A DNA stretch of 44,953 nucleotides from a virus (taxonomy: Duplodnaviria > Caudoviricetes): IMG/VR virus record IMGVR_UViG_3300037419_000729, positions 1-44,953 of that record. One strand, written 5' to 3'. Below are positions 18,971 through 27,315 of the stretch, piece by piece. The number at the start of each line of letters is the position of its first letter. The first letter of the stretch is position 1. Position numbers and translations under genes: made by a program. The notes below the pieces were generated by a model. The model was not told the DNA's origin. It did no database searches and saw only the letters and a program-made list of their open reading frames with translations.

Positions 18971-20540
18971 TCATGGCCTCCTGTGCTTGTTTCACTAGCT
19001 CGGGGTTCTGGGCCGCGTTCATGGCTCCTCGAGCAATCTCGGGAGCGACGGACTGACCGAGCTGATTATTCTGCTCTGCGGCTGCGTTCTGGGCCTTGGT
19101 CTGCTCGTCGAGCAGCATCCCCTTCACATCAGGGATGCCCCAGCCGGAGCCGGTGCGGAACGCCACTTCGGTTCCATTGAGGTTAGTTGCCAGCCACTGT
19201 TCGCCCAAGGTGCCTCCGAGCATCTTGAGCCACTCGATGATGGCCTGGACTTCGTGGTTCTGCCCGAGAGCGGAGAAGCCAGTGACAACCATCGGCGCAA
19301 CATCGCTCGGCAGCTTGGGCGCCTTGCCCTGCTTGTTTAGGATGTAGAGCAGCCGGCGCGCATAGGGCGTCTGGGCCTCGGCCGAGAGGACCGTGTAGGT
19401 CCCGCCGAACGAGTCTTCCAACTCCTGCGCGACCGCCCGGATTTCCTCCGCGGTGACGCGCTCGGCGTCCCGGATGGTGTTAGCGGTGAGCAGGAACGCC
19501 TGACTGATGCGGCGCTCAATGGTCTGGAGAATGTTCTCCAGCACCTGGAAGTCAGCGGCCTTGTCTAGGCCGAGCTTCTGGAGCTTGTCGACGTAGCCTG
19601 TCAGATAGTCGCCGGTCTGCGCGACCGACAGCTCCTCGACGTCGATGCCCGAGTTGGGGTCGACGATGGTGACGATGCGGGCCGCCTCTGCTGCAAACTG
19701 GATGATGGCCTTCCAGCCCTCCTCCAGTGAGTAGAAGTCGCCGGCATACTCCGACACCATTGCACGGCCGTAATCCGAACCCGGAACCGCCTGCCAGCGA
19801 AGCGCCTGCCACCCAGCGACGTCGGACTTCGCCGTGCCGCGGGAGCCAGGGACCTCGATGTTGTTGATTTCCTGGTAGTGGATGACGTTATCGCCCTCGC
19901 GGACGACGACCGTGTAGAGCTTAATCTTCTCCTCTTCCTTGTCAGAAGGGTGGCCCTGGTCATCGGGCTGGCCGTCAATGCTGACATCGCAAGCCGCGAG
20001 AACCTCAGGAGCCAGCTCGGAGGGGTAGACTTCCTCCTCGATGATCGTCTCAATCATCCGGCCCTGGGCATCACGCCGGACCACATATTGGTCCAGCCGC
20101 CAGACGCGCATGATGGTGCCGTCGTCGGGGTGATAGACGAGGACGTTGCCGGCGACGACCAGGTGGCGGAAGACTTCCATCCACAAGGTGCGGGCGCCGG
20201 AGCCCTCGACCAGGGTCATCGCGAGAAGGCTGATGTTGGCGAGCGCATCCTGGGCCGGGCCGAGGGTGTCGCCCATCTCCTTCACGGTGAGAGGGTCGAT
20301 GTCGAGGCGGAAGAACGGCCGTCCCGGTGGGAACAGGGAGACCAGGAGTTTGGCTGCGACATTGTTCACGCCTCGGGCGCCAAGGGACTCCCAGGGCTGC
20401 TCTGAAATATCGTGAGGGTCGCTCGAGCCTTCTTGAGGGATGAGCCCAGGAATGGTGAGCCTGGCCGCTTCGCGGGCCTGGCGCAGAATGGTGTTCCGCG
20501 CCCGAGTGAGGAGATTATACCTCTCCTTTGCGGTCGCCAT
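18963..20540 (-). CDS. Portal / head-tail connector (gp8-like)
   Basis: GARGVNNVAAKL, FF RL, DYGR, RDAERVTAEEIR motifs. Confidence 0.97.
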   Translation of the reverse strand: MATAKERYNLLTRARNTILRQAREAARLTIPGLIPQEGSSDPHDISEQPWESLGARGVNNVAAKLLVSLFPPGRPFFRLDIDPLTVKEMGDTLGPAQDALANISLLAMTLVEGSGARTLWMEVFRHLVVAGNVLVYHPDDGTIMRVWRLDQYVVRRDAQGRMIETIIEEEVYPSELAPEVLAACDVSIDGQPDDQGHPSDKEEEKIKLYTVVVREGDNVIHYQEINNIEVPGSRGTAKSDVAGWQALRWQAVPGSDYGRAMVSEYAGDFYSLEEGWKAIIQFAAEAARIVTIVDPNSGIDVEELSVAQTGDYLTGYVDKLQKLGLDKAADFQVLENILQTIERRISQAFLLTANTIRDAERVTAEEIRAVAQELEDSFGGTYTVLSAEAQTPYARRLLYILNKQGKAPKLPSDVAPMVVTGFSALGQNHEVQAIIEWLKMLGGTLGEQWLATNLNGTEVAFRTGSGWGIPDVKGMLLDEQTKAQNAAAEQNNQLGQSVAPEIARGAMNAAQNPELVKQAQEAMNG

Positions 20541-20855
20541 TTAGGCTTTCGCGCTGCTATCCAGAAGGAAGCCGCCGCCAGAGGTTCCGCCACCGCCCGT
20601 TGACCCGGAGCTGCTTTCGCCGCTCGGGCTGCCGCCGCTGGAGCTGCCCCCGCCGCTGCCGCTGACCACGCCGCCGCCAACGCCGCCGCCGACAGGGATG
20701 CCCAGCGGGTTCAGCGGGATGCGGAGGGAGTCACGGCCATTCCTGAGGGCTGCGATGTTTCCAAGGAGCCCGTCGAGAAACGGGTTGCGGAGAATGGGAA
20801 GAGGCTTGTCGTTCTGGGTAGGGTCCGGGATATGGGGTTTACTTACGAGACACAT
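20541..20855 (-). CDS. Small virion assembly protein (gp7.3-like position), Gly/Ser-rich tail
   Basis: MC start, GRDSLRIPL motif, directly upstream of portal. Confidence 0.7.
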   Translation of the reverse strand: MCLVSKPHIPDPTQNDKPLPILRNPFLDGLLGNIAALRNGRDSLRIPLNPLGIPVGGGVGGGVVSGSGGGSSSGGSPSGESSSGSTGGGGTSGGGFLLDSSAKA

Positions 20856-21054
20856 CGCGGCCTTGTCCTCTTTGCCGCGGTGCTGGCGGCGTATGGCTGG
20901 CGCTTGCGCGCCACTGTTTGAGAAAATTCACGACCGACCTCTGGCCCGCCGCGTGGAATATCTTGCGTTCGCTGTCGTCGGCGTCCGGGATGAACTCGGG
21001 AAACTTCCGGTCCAGCTCGGCAATCAGCTCGTCGACTGAATTGGGAAAGCGCAT
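20839..21054 (-). CDS. Conserved small protein at the start of the late region
   Basis: AGGAG RBS; LDRKFP...AGQRSVVNFL motif seen in T7-like phages. Confidence 0.75.
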   Translation of the reverse strand: MRFPNSVDELIAELDRKFPEFIPDADDSERKIFHAAGQRSVVNFLKQWRASASHTPPAPRQRGQGRDVSRK

Positions 21055-21173
21055 GGGGCTCCTTGGGGAACGTGAAGGGGCTCAGGGCCTCCGAACAAGG
21101 GAAACCCTGAGCCCTAAGTTCGGCTGCCAGGTTGCTTCTAAGATGCCGGTAGGCACTAGAGGGAGCTTCTGCG

Positions 21174-21196
21174 TCTCCTTACTAGTGGCGGGTAAT
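21174..21196 (-). promoter_or_regulatory. Phage RNAP promoter (late), ATTACCCGCCACTAGTAAGGAGA
   Basis: 19/23 identical to 32111-32133; T3/T7-like architecture; intergenic before structural genes. Confidence 0.85.
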
Positions 21197-21197
21197 T

Positions 21198-21213
21198 GAC
21201 ACGTTGCCGTGCC
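21198..21213. promoter_or_regulatory. Putative repressor operator (13/16 match to GGCACGTTAACGTGCC)
   Basis: GACACGTTGCCGTGCC, one base upstream of the late phage promoter. Confidence 0.65.
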
Positions 21214-21215
21214 TA

Positions 21216-22016
21216 TCACTCCAGCGGCTCCTCCCAGGCGGGCGGGAGCCAGAGACGCGGGCTTCGGCCGTCCCAATCCTCATGCTGGAGGATGCGGGCG
21301 AGGCGGGCCTGTTGGACCGCGGCGGCCTCCGGAAGCCCGACCAAGGAATATGCCTGGAGGACGATGTCCCAGGCTTCCTCCTCAGTCTCCGCGGCGAGGA
21401 TGTCCTCGGCATAGGGGCTCTTAGGGCCGATGCCGGGGGCGCCGGGGAAGCCGTCCGTGGTGTCCCCGACGATGGTCTGCCAGAAGTGGAAGCGGATGGC
21501 CTGGATTGGCGTGATGTCGGCCATGACGGCCTTGCGGACCAGCCGACCCTGGAGGCGTATCTCGGGTCGGTAGAGCTTACCGGGGACGCCCATCAGGTCC
21601 TTGTCGGCAGACACGATGATACGCTCATCGGTGCGTCCAGGGTCCGTGGCGATGATGCCCATGACGTCGTCGGCCTCGAGGGCCGTCCAGCGGACGAACT
21701 CATACTCCTCGGCCAGATAATCCTTGAGGTCGTAGAGGTGCTCCGGCCTGTCCATGTTGGCCCGGACGGCCTTGTAGGTCGGGTCGACCCTGTCCTTTCG
21801 GAAGCTGTTGAAGTCGTCCGACAGGCAGACCAGGACCGAGTCCGCCTTGAGCTTGTAGGCCAGCTTCTCGATGGCCTCCTCGGCCTGCCGGGCAGCGGGC
21901 TCGAAGTCGGCGGCGACGGCCTTGGAGCCGTCACCGTCCCAATCGTAGCTCCGCTGATTCCGGGCTGTCATCTTGTAGGCGAGGAGGTCCGCGTCGAGCA
22001 GGAGGGTTCGGGTCAA
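21216..22016 (-). CDS. 5'-3' exonuclease (T7 gp6-like)
   Basis: LLDAD, FRK, YKA.R, LEADDVMG, SADKDL, GDTTDGFPG..GIG motifs. Confidence 0.95.
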   Translation of the reverse strand: MTRTLLLDADLLAYKMTARNQRSYDWDGDGSKAVAADFEPAARQAEEAIEKLAYKLKADSVLVCLSDDFNSFRKDRVDPTYKAVRANMDRPEHLYDLKDYLAEEYEFVRWTALEADDVMGIIATDPGRTDERIIVSADKDLMGVPGKLYRPEIRLQGRLVRKAVMADITPIQAIRFHFWQTIVGDTTDGFPGAPGIGPKSPYAEDILAAETEEEAWDIVLQAYSLVGLPEAAAVQQARLARILQHEDWDGRSPRLWLPPAWEEPLE

Positions 22017-22096
22017 TCCGTCATCATCCGATAGCCGACATAGGCCCAGATGCCGATGGTGGCGAGAAGTCCGAGAATGAGGATTGCATCAGCCAA
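22013..22096 (-). CDS. 27-aa single-pass membrane peptide (TTG start; not in ORF track)
   Basis: MADAILILGLLATIGIWAYVGYRMMTD fills the gap and overlaps both flanking genes. Confidence 0.5.
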   Translation of the reverse strand: MADAILILGLLATIGIWAYVGYRMMTD

Positions 22097-22406
22097 TTTT
22101 GGCAACCTTTCTCAGGTCCTCAATGTGCTCCTTACGAGCCGCATCGAGCCTGTCCGAATGTCCGGTGTCGTGGACCGAGCGGAAGCCCTGGCGCCACAGC
22201 TCCTCAAAGAGGGCCTGGGCAGCTTCCTGTTCTAGGGTGAAGGAGGGCGTGATGGCTTCGCCGGGGGTGTGTTTCCGTGTCGTGCCGTTGACCGTCAGGA
22301 CTTCTCTCTCGCCGGAACCGCGGTCGCGCTTGGCAACATAGAAGTGGACGCCAAGGGCAGCGAAATCGACCGAGGCATGGGCCTCGTTGAAGCGAGGGGG
22401 CATCAC
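22089..22406 (-). CDS. Hypothetical protein
   Basis: 105 aa, AGGAG RBS, translationally coupled. Confidence 0.7.
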   Translation of the reverse strand: MMPPRFNEAHASVDFAALGVHFYVAKRDRGSGEREVLTVNGTTRKHTPGEAITPSFTLEQEAAQALFEELWRQGFRSVHDTGHSDRLDAARKEHIEDLRKVAKIG

Positions 22407-22966
22407 TGGCTCCTAGGAGCGGGGAGGTCCGGGTCGTGGCCGCTGTAATCAACGACCAGGTTCCGATTTACCCACTTAATCAGTTCGTCGAGCTGGATTG
22501 CCTGCTCGGTTGCGATGAGCCGGTCGTCCCCAGAAAGTCCGTCTTTCGGGGTGGCACCAGGAGTTCCGCTGGAGGACCCTGGAGCACCGGGCACGTCCTC
22601 TGTTCGGGGACTGCCGGGATTGGCTGCGGGGCCGGCGTGTGGGCGCAGGCTGTCAGCGCGAGCGCGAGCAGCAGCAATGCGAGCTTCATAGTCGGACTTC
22701 GTCCTTTCGTTGATGGCCGTCTGCTCCGCCTTGACGCGAGCCGTGTTGGCGGCGTCGGCCTTGCGGGCCGTCGCGGCCGCGTTCTGATAGTTGATTACCG
22801 TCTGCCGGTGGGCGGCCTGTTCGGAATGGTAGAGGTTCGCGTTGGCGACTGCTGTGTCGTGCCAGTGGTCGGCCTTGTAGGCTGTTAAGCCGAGGAGGAT
22901 TGCCAGGATAACGCTGACGCCAATGCCGATGTAGCCCTGGAGGTTGAGGACCTTTAGGAGCCCCAT
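22403..22966 (-). CDS. i-spanin (Rz-like)
   Basis: N-terminal TM helix, long Ala-rich coiled coil, C-terminal QLDELIKWV; carries an embedded lipoprotein gene. Confidence 0.8.
   Translation of the reverse strand: MGLLKVLNLQGYIGIGVSVILAILLGLTAYKADHWHDTAVANANLYHSEQAAHRQTVINYQNAAATARKADAANTARVKAEQTAINERTKSDYEARIAAARARADSLRPHAGPAANPGSPRTEDVPGAPGSSSGTPGATPKDGLSGDDRLIATEQAIQLDELIKWVNRNLVVDYSGHDPDLPAPRSQ
22480..22689 (-). CDS. o-spanin (Rz1-like) lipoprotein embedded in the i-spanin gene
   Basis: MKLALLLLALALTA-C lipobox, Pro-rich mature region, alternative frame wholly inside the i-spanin. Confidence 0.8.
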   Translation of the reverse strand: MKLALLLLALALTACAHTPAPQPIPAVPEQRTCPVLQGPPAELLVPPRKTDFLGTTGSSQPSRQSSSTN

Positions 22967-23271
22967 CAGGCGAACGCCCGAGGGTCATGGTGGTAATCCG
23001 TAACCGGCGAAAGGTCGCCGACATGAGCCGGATTATCAGGGAAGGTCACGATGTCGCAGACCTCGGTGGTGTCCTGGACCTGTTTATCCTTGGGCGCGTT
23101 CGGGTTGAGAGTGTTCTCCGGCCCCGGCATCGGCACCTTGTAGCAGGCGGGAACTTGGACTTCCGCCCGGAGCGGCGGCATGGTTCCGACCAGGAACCCT
23201 ACGGTCGACAGGAAGATGAAGATGAGGCCGACAAGGCCCCCCGTCGTGCTTCCTTCGAGGAACTTATGCAC
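22966..23271 (-). CDS. Membrane-anchored hypothetical protein
   Basis: GGAGA RBS, one TM segment, two Cys. Confidence 0.65.
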   Translation of the reverse strand: MHKFLEGSTTGGLVGLIFIFLSTVGFLVGTMPPLRAEVQVPACYKVPMPGPENTLNPNAPKDKQVQDTTEVCDIVTFPDNPAHVGDLSPVTDYHHDPRAFA

Positions 23272-23572
23272 AGTCGGAGTCTCCTTCGGTTTCGATACTG
23301 GCCTTCCAGATGGTAGCCGTGAGTTTCCTCACGGGACCTCCGAGGCCCAGGAAGATGATGATGAGGGTCTGGGCAATGCCGGCGCCGAGGAGCGCCTTGC
23401 CGAAGACCTGGATGATGAGGCCGTCATATTGCGCCGGCCAGCCGCCTAACCACAGGATGAGAACGAGGGCGGCGGCGCCGACCCCGAGGGCAATCCCCGC
23501 GGCAATGATGTAGCGGCTATAGAGGAGCCGTAGGGCGTCCTTGAAGGACGCTGGGCCGGGGGTGACGTTCAC
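23264..23572 (-). CDS. Two-TM membrane protein, candidate holin
   Basis: Two hydrophobic helices, near the spanins; GTG start overlaps upstream stop. Confidence 0.55.
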   Translation of the reverse strand: MNVTPGPASFKDALRLLYSRYIIAAGIALGVGAAALVLILWLGGWPAQYDGLIIQVFGKALLGAGIAQTLIIIFLGLGGPVRKLTATIWKASIETEGDSDCA

Positions 23573-23781
23573 TCCCCGATGCCCTGTTCCTGGACCCACT
23601 CGGCCCACGCCCAATCCGAGAGATGCTCGGCCGGCTGGGTCCGAAGCGGCTCGGCGGTTACGCCGGTCATGGCATCAACCGCTTCCCGTTCGCTTTGCGT
23701 GTGTCCTCGCGGACAGATTAGGCGGCTGTTTCGGCCACATCGAGTTGGGCTCATACGGGAGCCGCAGACGGCGCAATTCAT
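23569..23781 (-). CDS. Small zinc-ribbon-like protein
   Basis: CxxC...CxxxH; AGGAG RBS. Confidence 0.6.
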   Translation of the reverse strand: MNCAVCGSRMSPTRCGRNSRLICPRGHTQSEREAVDAMTGVTAEPLRTQPAEHLSDWAWAEWVQEQGIGE

Positions 23782-24092
23782 GTTGATGCTCCTGTGACGC
23801 GGACATCCTCCCGCAGAGTTGCATAGAAGCTGGCGATGTCGCGCAGCTCCCGGATGGTGGCGTCAGCCTTGAGACGGTTGGCTCGGTTGCTGATGACGAC
23901 GATGTTTCCCGCGACGTAGCCCTTGTGTGGGTGGACCTTGTCCAACGACGGGCTGTTGTCTGTGCCTCCCTTCGGACCGCGAAACAGCGGGATGCCGAGA
24001 ATGGGGCAATGACTCGGGATGTGGATGTCGTCTTTGGTGATGGTGAAGGGGACCCCGGTGTCCTTCGCCCGGACACGCGCATTGCGTATCAT
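23778..24092 (-). CDS. HNH-like (His-Me finger) endonuclease; start uncertain
   Basis: CPILG, SPSLDK...GYVAGNIVVIS..AN.LK motif. Confidence 0.75.
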   Translation of the reverse strand: MIRNARVRAKDTGVPFTITKDDIHIPSHCPILGIPLFRGPKGGTDNSPSLDKVHPHKGYVAGNIVVISNRANRLKADATIRELRDIASFYATLREDVRVTGAST

Positions 24093-24126
24093 TATCGAGC
24101 GAAGGTCCTCCGGTTTCCGTTTCTTC

Positions 24127-26124
24127 TTAGTGGGTGTCGGCCCAGGTTTGGCCGATGGATGCTGTTCCGGCGAGCGGGACCCGTAGGTCGAACGCTTCCC
24201 CGGCGAGCCTGATGGCTTCCGACGCGAGCGCGCCGACCTTTTCTGCATACTCGGGAATGACCTCCATCTGGAACTCGTCATGGACGTTGAGGACGAAGGC
24301 AAACTCGCGACCGAACTCCCACCCCTGAGCGAGGAAGGAGTCGTAAGCGAGGACCAGCGCCTTCTTCATCACGACCGCGCCGCCGCCCTGGAGCAGCGTG
24401 TTAAGCGCGGAGTGCTGCGCCCGGATGTGGAGCAGCCGGCCGTCGAGGCTCTTGAGTTTGGGTGCCTTGGATTTCGCCCGCGACCGAACCTCTTTCTGGA
24501 GCTTGTCGAGCGCCGGGAAGGTGGTTTCAATTCGCTTGCGGCCACGACGTCCGATGTTGATGAGGGCGCGCTCGCGGGCTGGGCCGGGAGGATGGTCGGC
24601 GTTGAACTTGTCCCGCCACTCCTCGGTCATGTCCTCATAGTGGGTTAGGCCCAGCTTCAAATCGCCGGCCCCGTAGAGGTAGGCGTAAATCCAGGTCTTC
24701 GCCCCGTCACGGGTTCGGAGCCCGACCGCCTTCATGTTGAGTGAGTGGGCGTCGGTTCCGAGCTTCTTGTCGCCATCGACAACGGCTCGAGCGTAGGCGC
24801 CGTCATCGTAGCGAGCCATGTAGTGCCCAAGCTTTCGCAGCTCGAGGCCGTCTGCATCGACGCCGACCAGCTTCTTGCCAGGCGGGGCGCCGAACAGCGA
24901 CCGGCTCTCATAGCCGTAGCGGCCCTCGTAGCCCTTGAGCACCTTACCGTGCTCATCATATTTCATCCGGGGGACCTGTGCGAGGTGGTCGGCGTGGGTC
25001 ATTCGACCCGTCACCGCGCCGTTGGTGTTCACCTGGGAGTGGATGCGGCCGTCGTCGCTGACGACCTTGAGCCAAGCCTTCTTGCCGGTGGAGATAGTGC
25101 CAATCAGCTTCTTGAGAACCAAGTAGCGGACGAGCAGCTTCACCTGAGGATAGTCGAGGCCGGCGAGGGTGTTCTCGTTCAGCTCCGGCTGGCCGGTCGG
25201 CGTGAACTCGGTCGGCTTCCAGCCGTAGATAGCTTTGAGCCGGTTGGCAATTTTCTGCCGGGTCGGCTCGAACGAGACGAGCTTCACCTTGCAGTAGGAG
25301 GAGCCGGGCGCATACTCGGCCCGCCACTCCTCGCCATCCTCGGAGACCGTTAGGACTCGACGGCGGACCTTGGGGTCCATGATGACCGCCTTGCCATACT
25401 TTCGCTCGGCCTCGAACCACGGGTCGAAGGCGCTGCGAAGCCGGTCGTCCATCTCGGCCAGCTCACCCTGGAGTTCCTGGGCGAGCGCCTCGGCGCGTTC
25501 CTTGTAGAAGTAGACGCCGAACCGCTCCTGGAGGAAGATGATTTCCGCGACCCGATGCTCGAGCCGGATGGCCTCCTCGGAGTAGTTCTGCTTCTCGATA
25601 TGCTCGAGCAGCGCCAGGGTCGTCTCTGGGTCCTGGATGGCATACTCGGCCATCTCGGGCGTGAACGTATCCCAAGGCCCCTTGAACTCTCCCTTATGGA
25701 CCCCGAGGCGATAGCCCCAGGCTTCCAGGGAGTGCGACCCGGCCAGCTTTGCAGTCTTGAAGGCGGCCGGGCGCTTGCCCTTCCGCATGGCCCGCTGGTC
25801 GATGCCCTTGAGGTCCGTCCAGATAAGACGGGAGACGACTAGGGTGTCGAGGACCAGGTCGGGATGGACGATGAAGTCGGGAAAGAACTTCTGGATGACG
25901 GGGATGTCGTAGCGGATGATGTTGTGACCCGCGATTAACTCCCCTTCGTCGAGGTGGAGACGGAGCCGTGTGACCCCGTCCTCCAGCGTCCCATCTCGCC
26001 TCGCCACGTCCGGGTGGTCGTGGAAGCTGAACCGCTCCCCGGTCTCCCGGTCGAGGACGTTGATGACGTGGATGGTCGTTACGTCGTCGAGGAAGTTATC
26101 CGCCTCGATGTCGAAGATGACCAT
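24127..26124 (-). CDS. DNA polymerase, family A, with 3'-5' exonuclease (T7 gp5-like)
   Basis: FDIEAD, GHNIIRYD, HSLEAWG, VTGRMTH, DADGLELR, AKTWIYAYLYG, VHDE motifs. Confidence 0.97.
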   Translation of the reverse strand: MVIFDIEADNFLDDVTTIHVINVLDRETGERFSFHDHPDVARRDGTLEDGVTRLRLHLDEGELIAGHNIIRYDIPVIQKFFPDFIVHPDLVLDTLVVSRLIWTDLKGIDQRAMRKGKRPAAFKTAKLAGSHSLEAWGYRLGVHKGEFKGPWDTFTPEMAEYAIQDPETTLALLEHIEKQNYSEEAIRLEHRVAEIIFLQERFGVYFYKERAEALAQELQGELAEMDDRLRSAFDPWFEAERKYGKAVIMDPKVRRRVLTVSEDGEEWRAEYAPGSSYCKVKLVSFEPTRQKIANRLKAIYGWKPTEFTPTGQPELNENTLAGLDYPQVKLLVRYLVLKKLIGTISTGKKAWLKVVSDDGRIHSQVNTNGAVTGRMTHADHLAQVPRMKYDEHGKVLKGYEGRYGYESRSLFGAPPGKKLVGVDADGLELRKLGHYMARYDDGAYARAVVDGDKKLGTDAHSLNMKAVGLRTRDGAKTWIYAYLYGAGDLKLGLTHYEDMTEEWRDKFNADHPPGPARERALINIGRRGRKRIETTFPALDKLQKEVRSRAKSKAPKLKSLDGRLLHIRAQHSALNTLLQGGGAVVMKKALVLAYDSFLAQGWEFGREFAFVLNVHDEFQMEVIPEYAEKVGALASEAIRLAGEAFDLRVPLAGTASIGQTWADTH

Positions 26125-26147
26125 AGGGCCTCCTTGCTGGAGGCGTG

Positions 26148-26459
26148 TCAGCCCCGGTTGTTCAGAAGGTTCTCGACGGCCGAGCGAGCGTTCACCGCGG
26201 CGCGGACCTCTTCGCGGGCCGTCTCGATGGCCGTAACCTGGCGGTCAGTGATGCGGTCAAAGCGGTCGTTGACGGCCTGGATGACGTCGCGGCGCTTGCG
26301 GGTTGACTCTGCAATGGCGACGACTCGGTCCTCGATATGGCGCTCTAGAGCAGCCTCTCGGGCTTCGACGAAGGCCAGCATCTTGGCGATGCCGACGAGG
26401 ATGGTTTCGACGGTCGGGAGGACCAAGAGAACGGCAGAATTGAAGAGACGTGTCAGCAT
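26148..26459 (-). CDS. Hypothetical coiled-coil protein
   Basis: 103 aa, coupled to upstream stop. Confidence 0.65.
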   Translation of the reverse strand: MLTRLFNSAVLLVLPTVETILVGIAKMLAFVEAREAALERHIEDRVVAIAESTRKRRDVIQAVNDRFDRITDRQVTAIETAREEVRAAVNARSAVENLLNNRG

Positions 26460-26764
26460 TAGCTTCCCTTGATTAGGCGGCCTTCGCGGGCCTTTGTTGA
26501 GAGGGCCGAGGTGCGTCCTCGGCCGAAGCGGTCTTTGATGGCCTGCCAGACCGTCCGCCCGTTGAACATTCGGCGGAGAGTGTAGGACCGGACCACGCTG
26601 ATGACCGTGAAGATGATACCAATGGTGCCTAGCTCGGCCAGGTTCACGGGAACCCCGAGAACGGTCGGCAGGACCAGGATGTTGGCAATGAAGTTGATAC
26701 CGAAGCCGATAACGACGTTCGTCATGGCCTCCATGAAGGAGTCGGTTCGAGTTTGCTGTTCCAT
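26459..26764 (-). CDS. Conserved phage two-TM membrane protein
   Basis: QTR.DSF.EA..NV.IG...S.VRSY.LRR.FN pattern; ATG 26764. Confidence 0.75.
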   Translation of the reverse strand: MEQQTRTDSFMEAMTNVVIGFGINFIANILVLPTVLGVPVNLAELGTIGIIFTVISVVRSYTLRRMFNGRTVWQAIKDRFGRGRTSALSTKAREGRLIKGS

Positions 26765-27315
26765 CAGCCGGCTCTGGAGCCGCGGGACATGGGATAGCCT
26801 TCTTCCCGCTCCAGCTCCTCCTGTAGGTTCGCCAAGGCTCGCCAAGCGAGGTAGGCGGAGTGGCGCACCTTTACCGGCTTGCCGTCGACCTCCGTTTCCT
26901 CGAAGCCGCCGACATCGACGAGATGGCGGGCTATCTTGTTGCGGTGGTCGGTAGACTTGCTCCGAGCCCAATGCATGGGCTCTCCGGGGTTGTGCTTTTG
27001 GTTCCCGATGTAGGAGATACGGGAGACCTCAGCGAGCGCGTTGGGGAAGTAGTCGATTAGGCCGTCCGCCATCGGGTAGGAGTTGCGAAGCTCGCTGTCC
27101 TCCGGAAGTTGGTTGGTCTGTGCTGTCAAAGGACGACACGTTTTCGTCCCCTCCCAAAGAAGGTTCTCCGCCTCGAGGTTGGAGATGACCTCATTCAACA
27201 CCAGGCCGCTTTTGAAGGTGATGCGAACCGGCACATGAGAGGGCGAGCCGGGCGTGTCGTTACGAAAACACACCTCTTCGATAGGTTCACCCATCCAAGT
27301 CTTAAAAGTCGCCAT
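26764..27315 (-). CDS. dATP/dGTP diphosphohydrolase-like protein (DUF5664-like) with N-terminal extension
   Basis: YFPNALAEV...GNQKH...HWAR...ARHL...H.A.LAWRALA motif; GGAG RBS. Confidence 0.75.
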   Translation of the reverse strand: MATFKTWMGEPIEEVCFRNDTPGSPSHVPVRITFKSGLVLNEVISNLEAENLLWEGTKTCRPLTAQTNQLPEDSELRNSYPMADGLIDYFPNALAEVSRISYIGNQKHNPGEPMHWARSKSTDHRNKIARHLVDVGGFEETEVDGKPVKVRHSAYLAWRALANLQEELEREEGYPMSRGSRAG

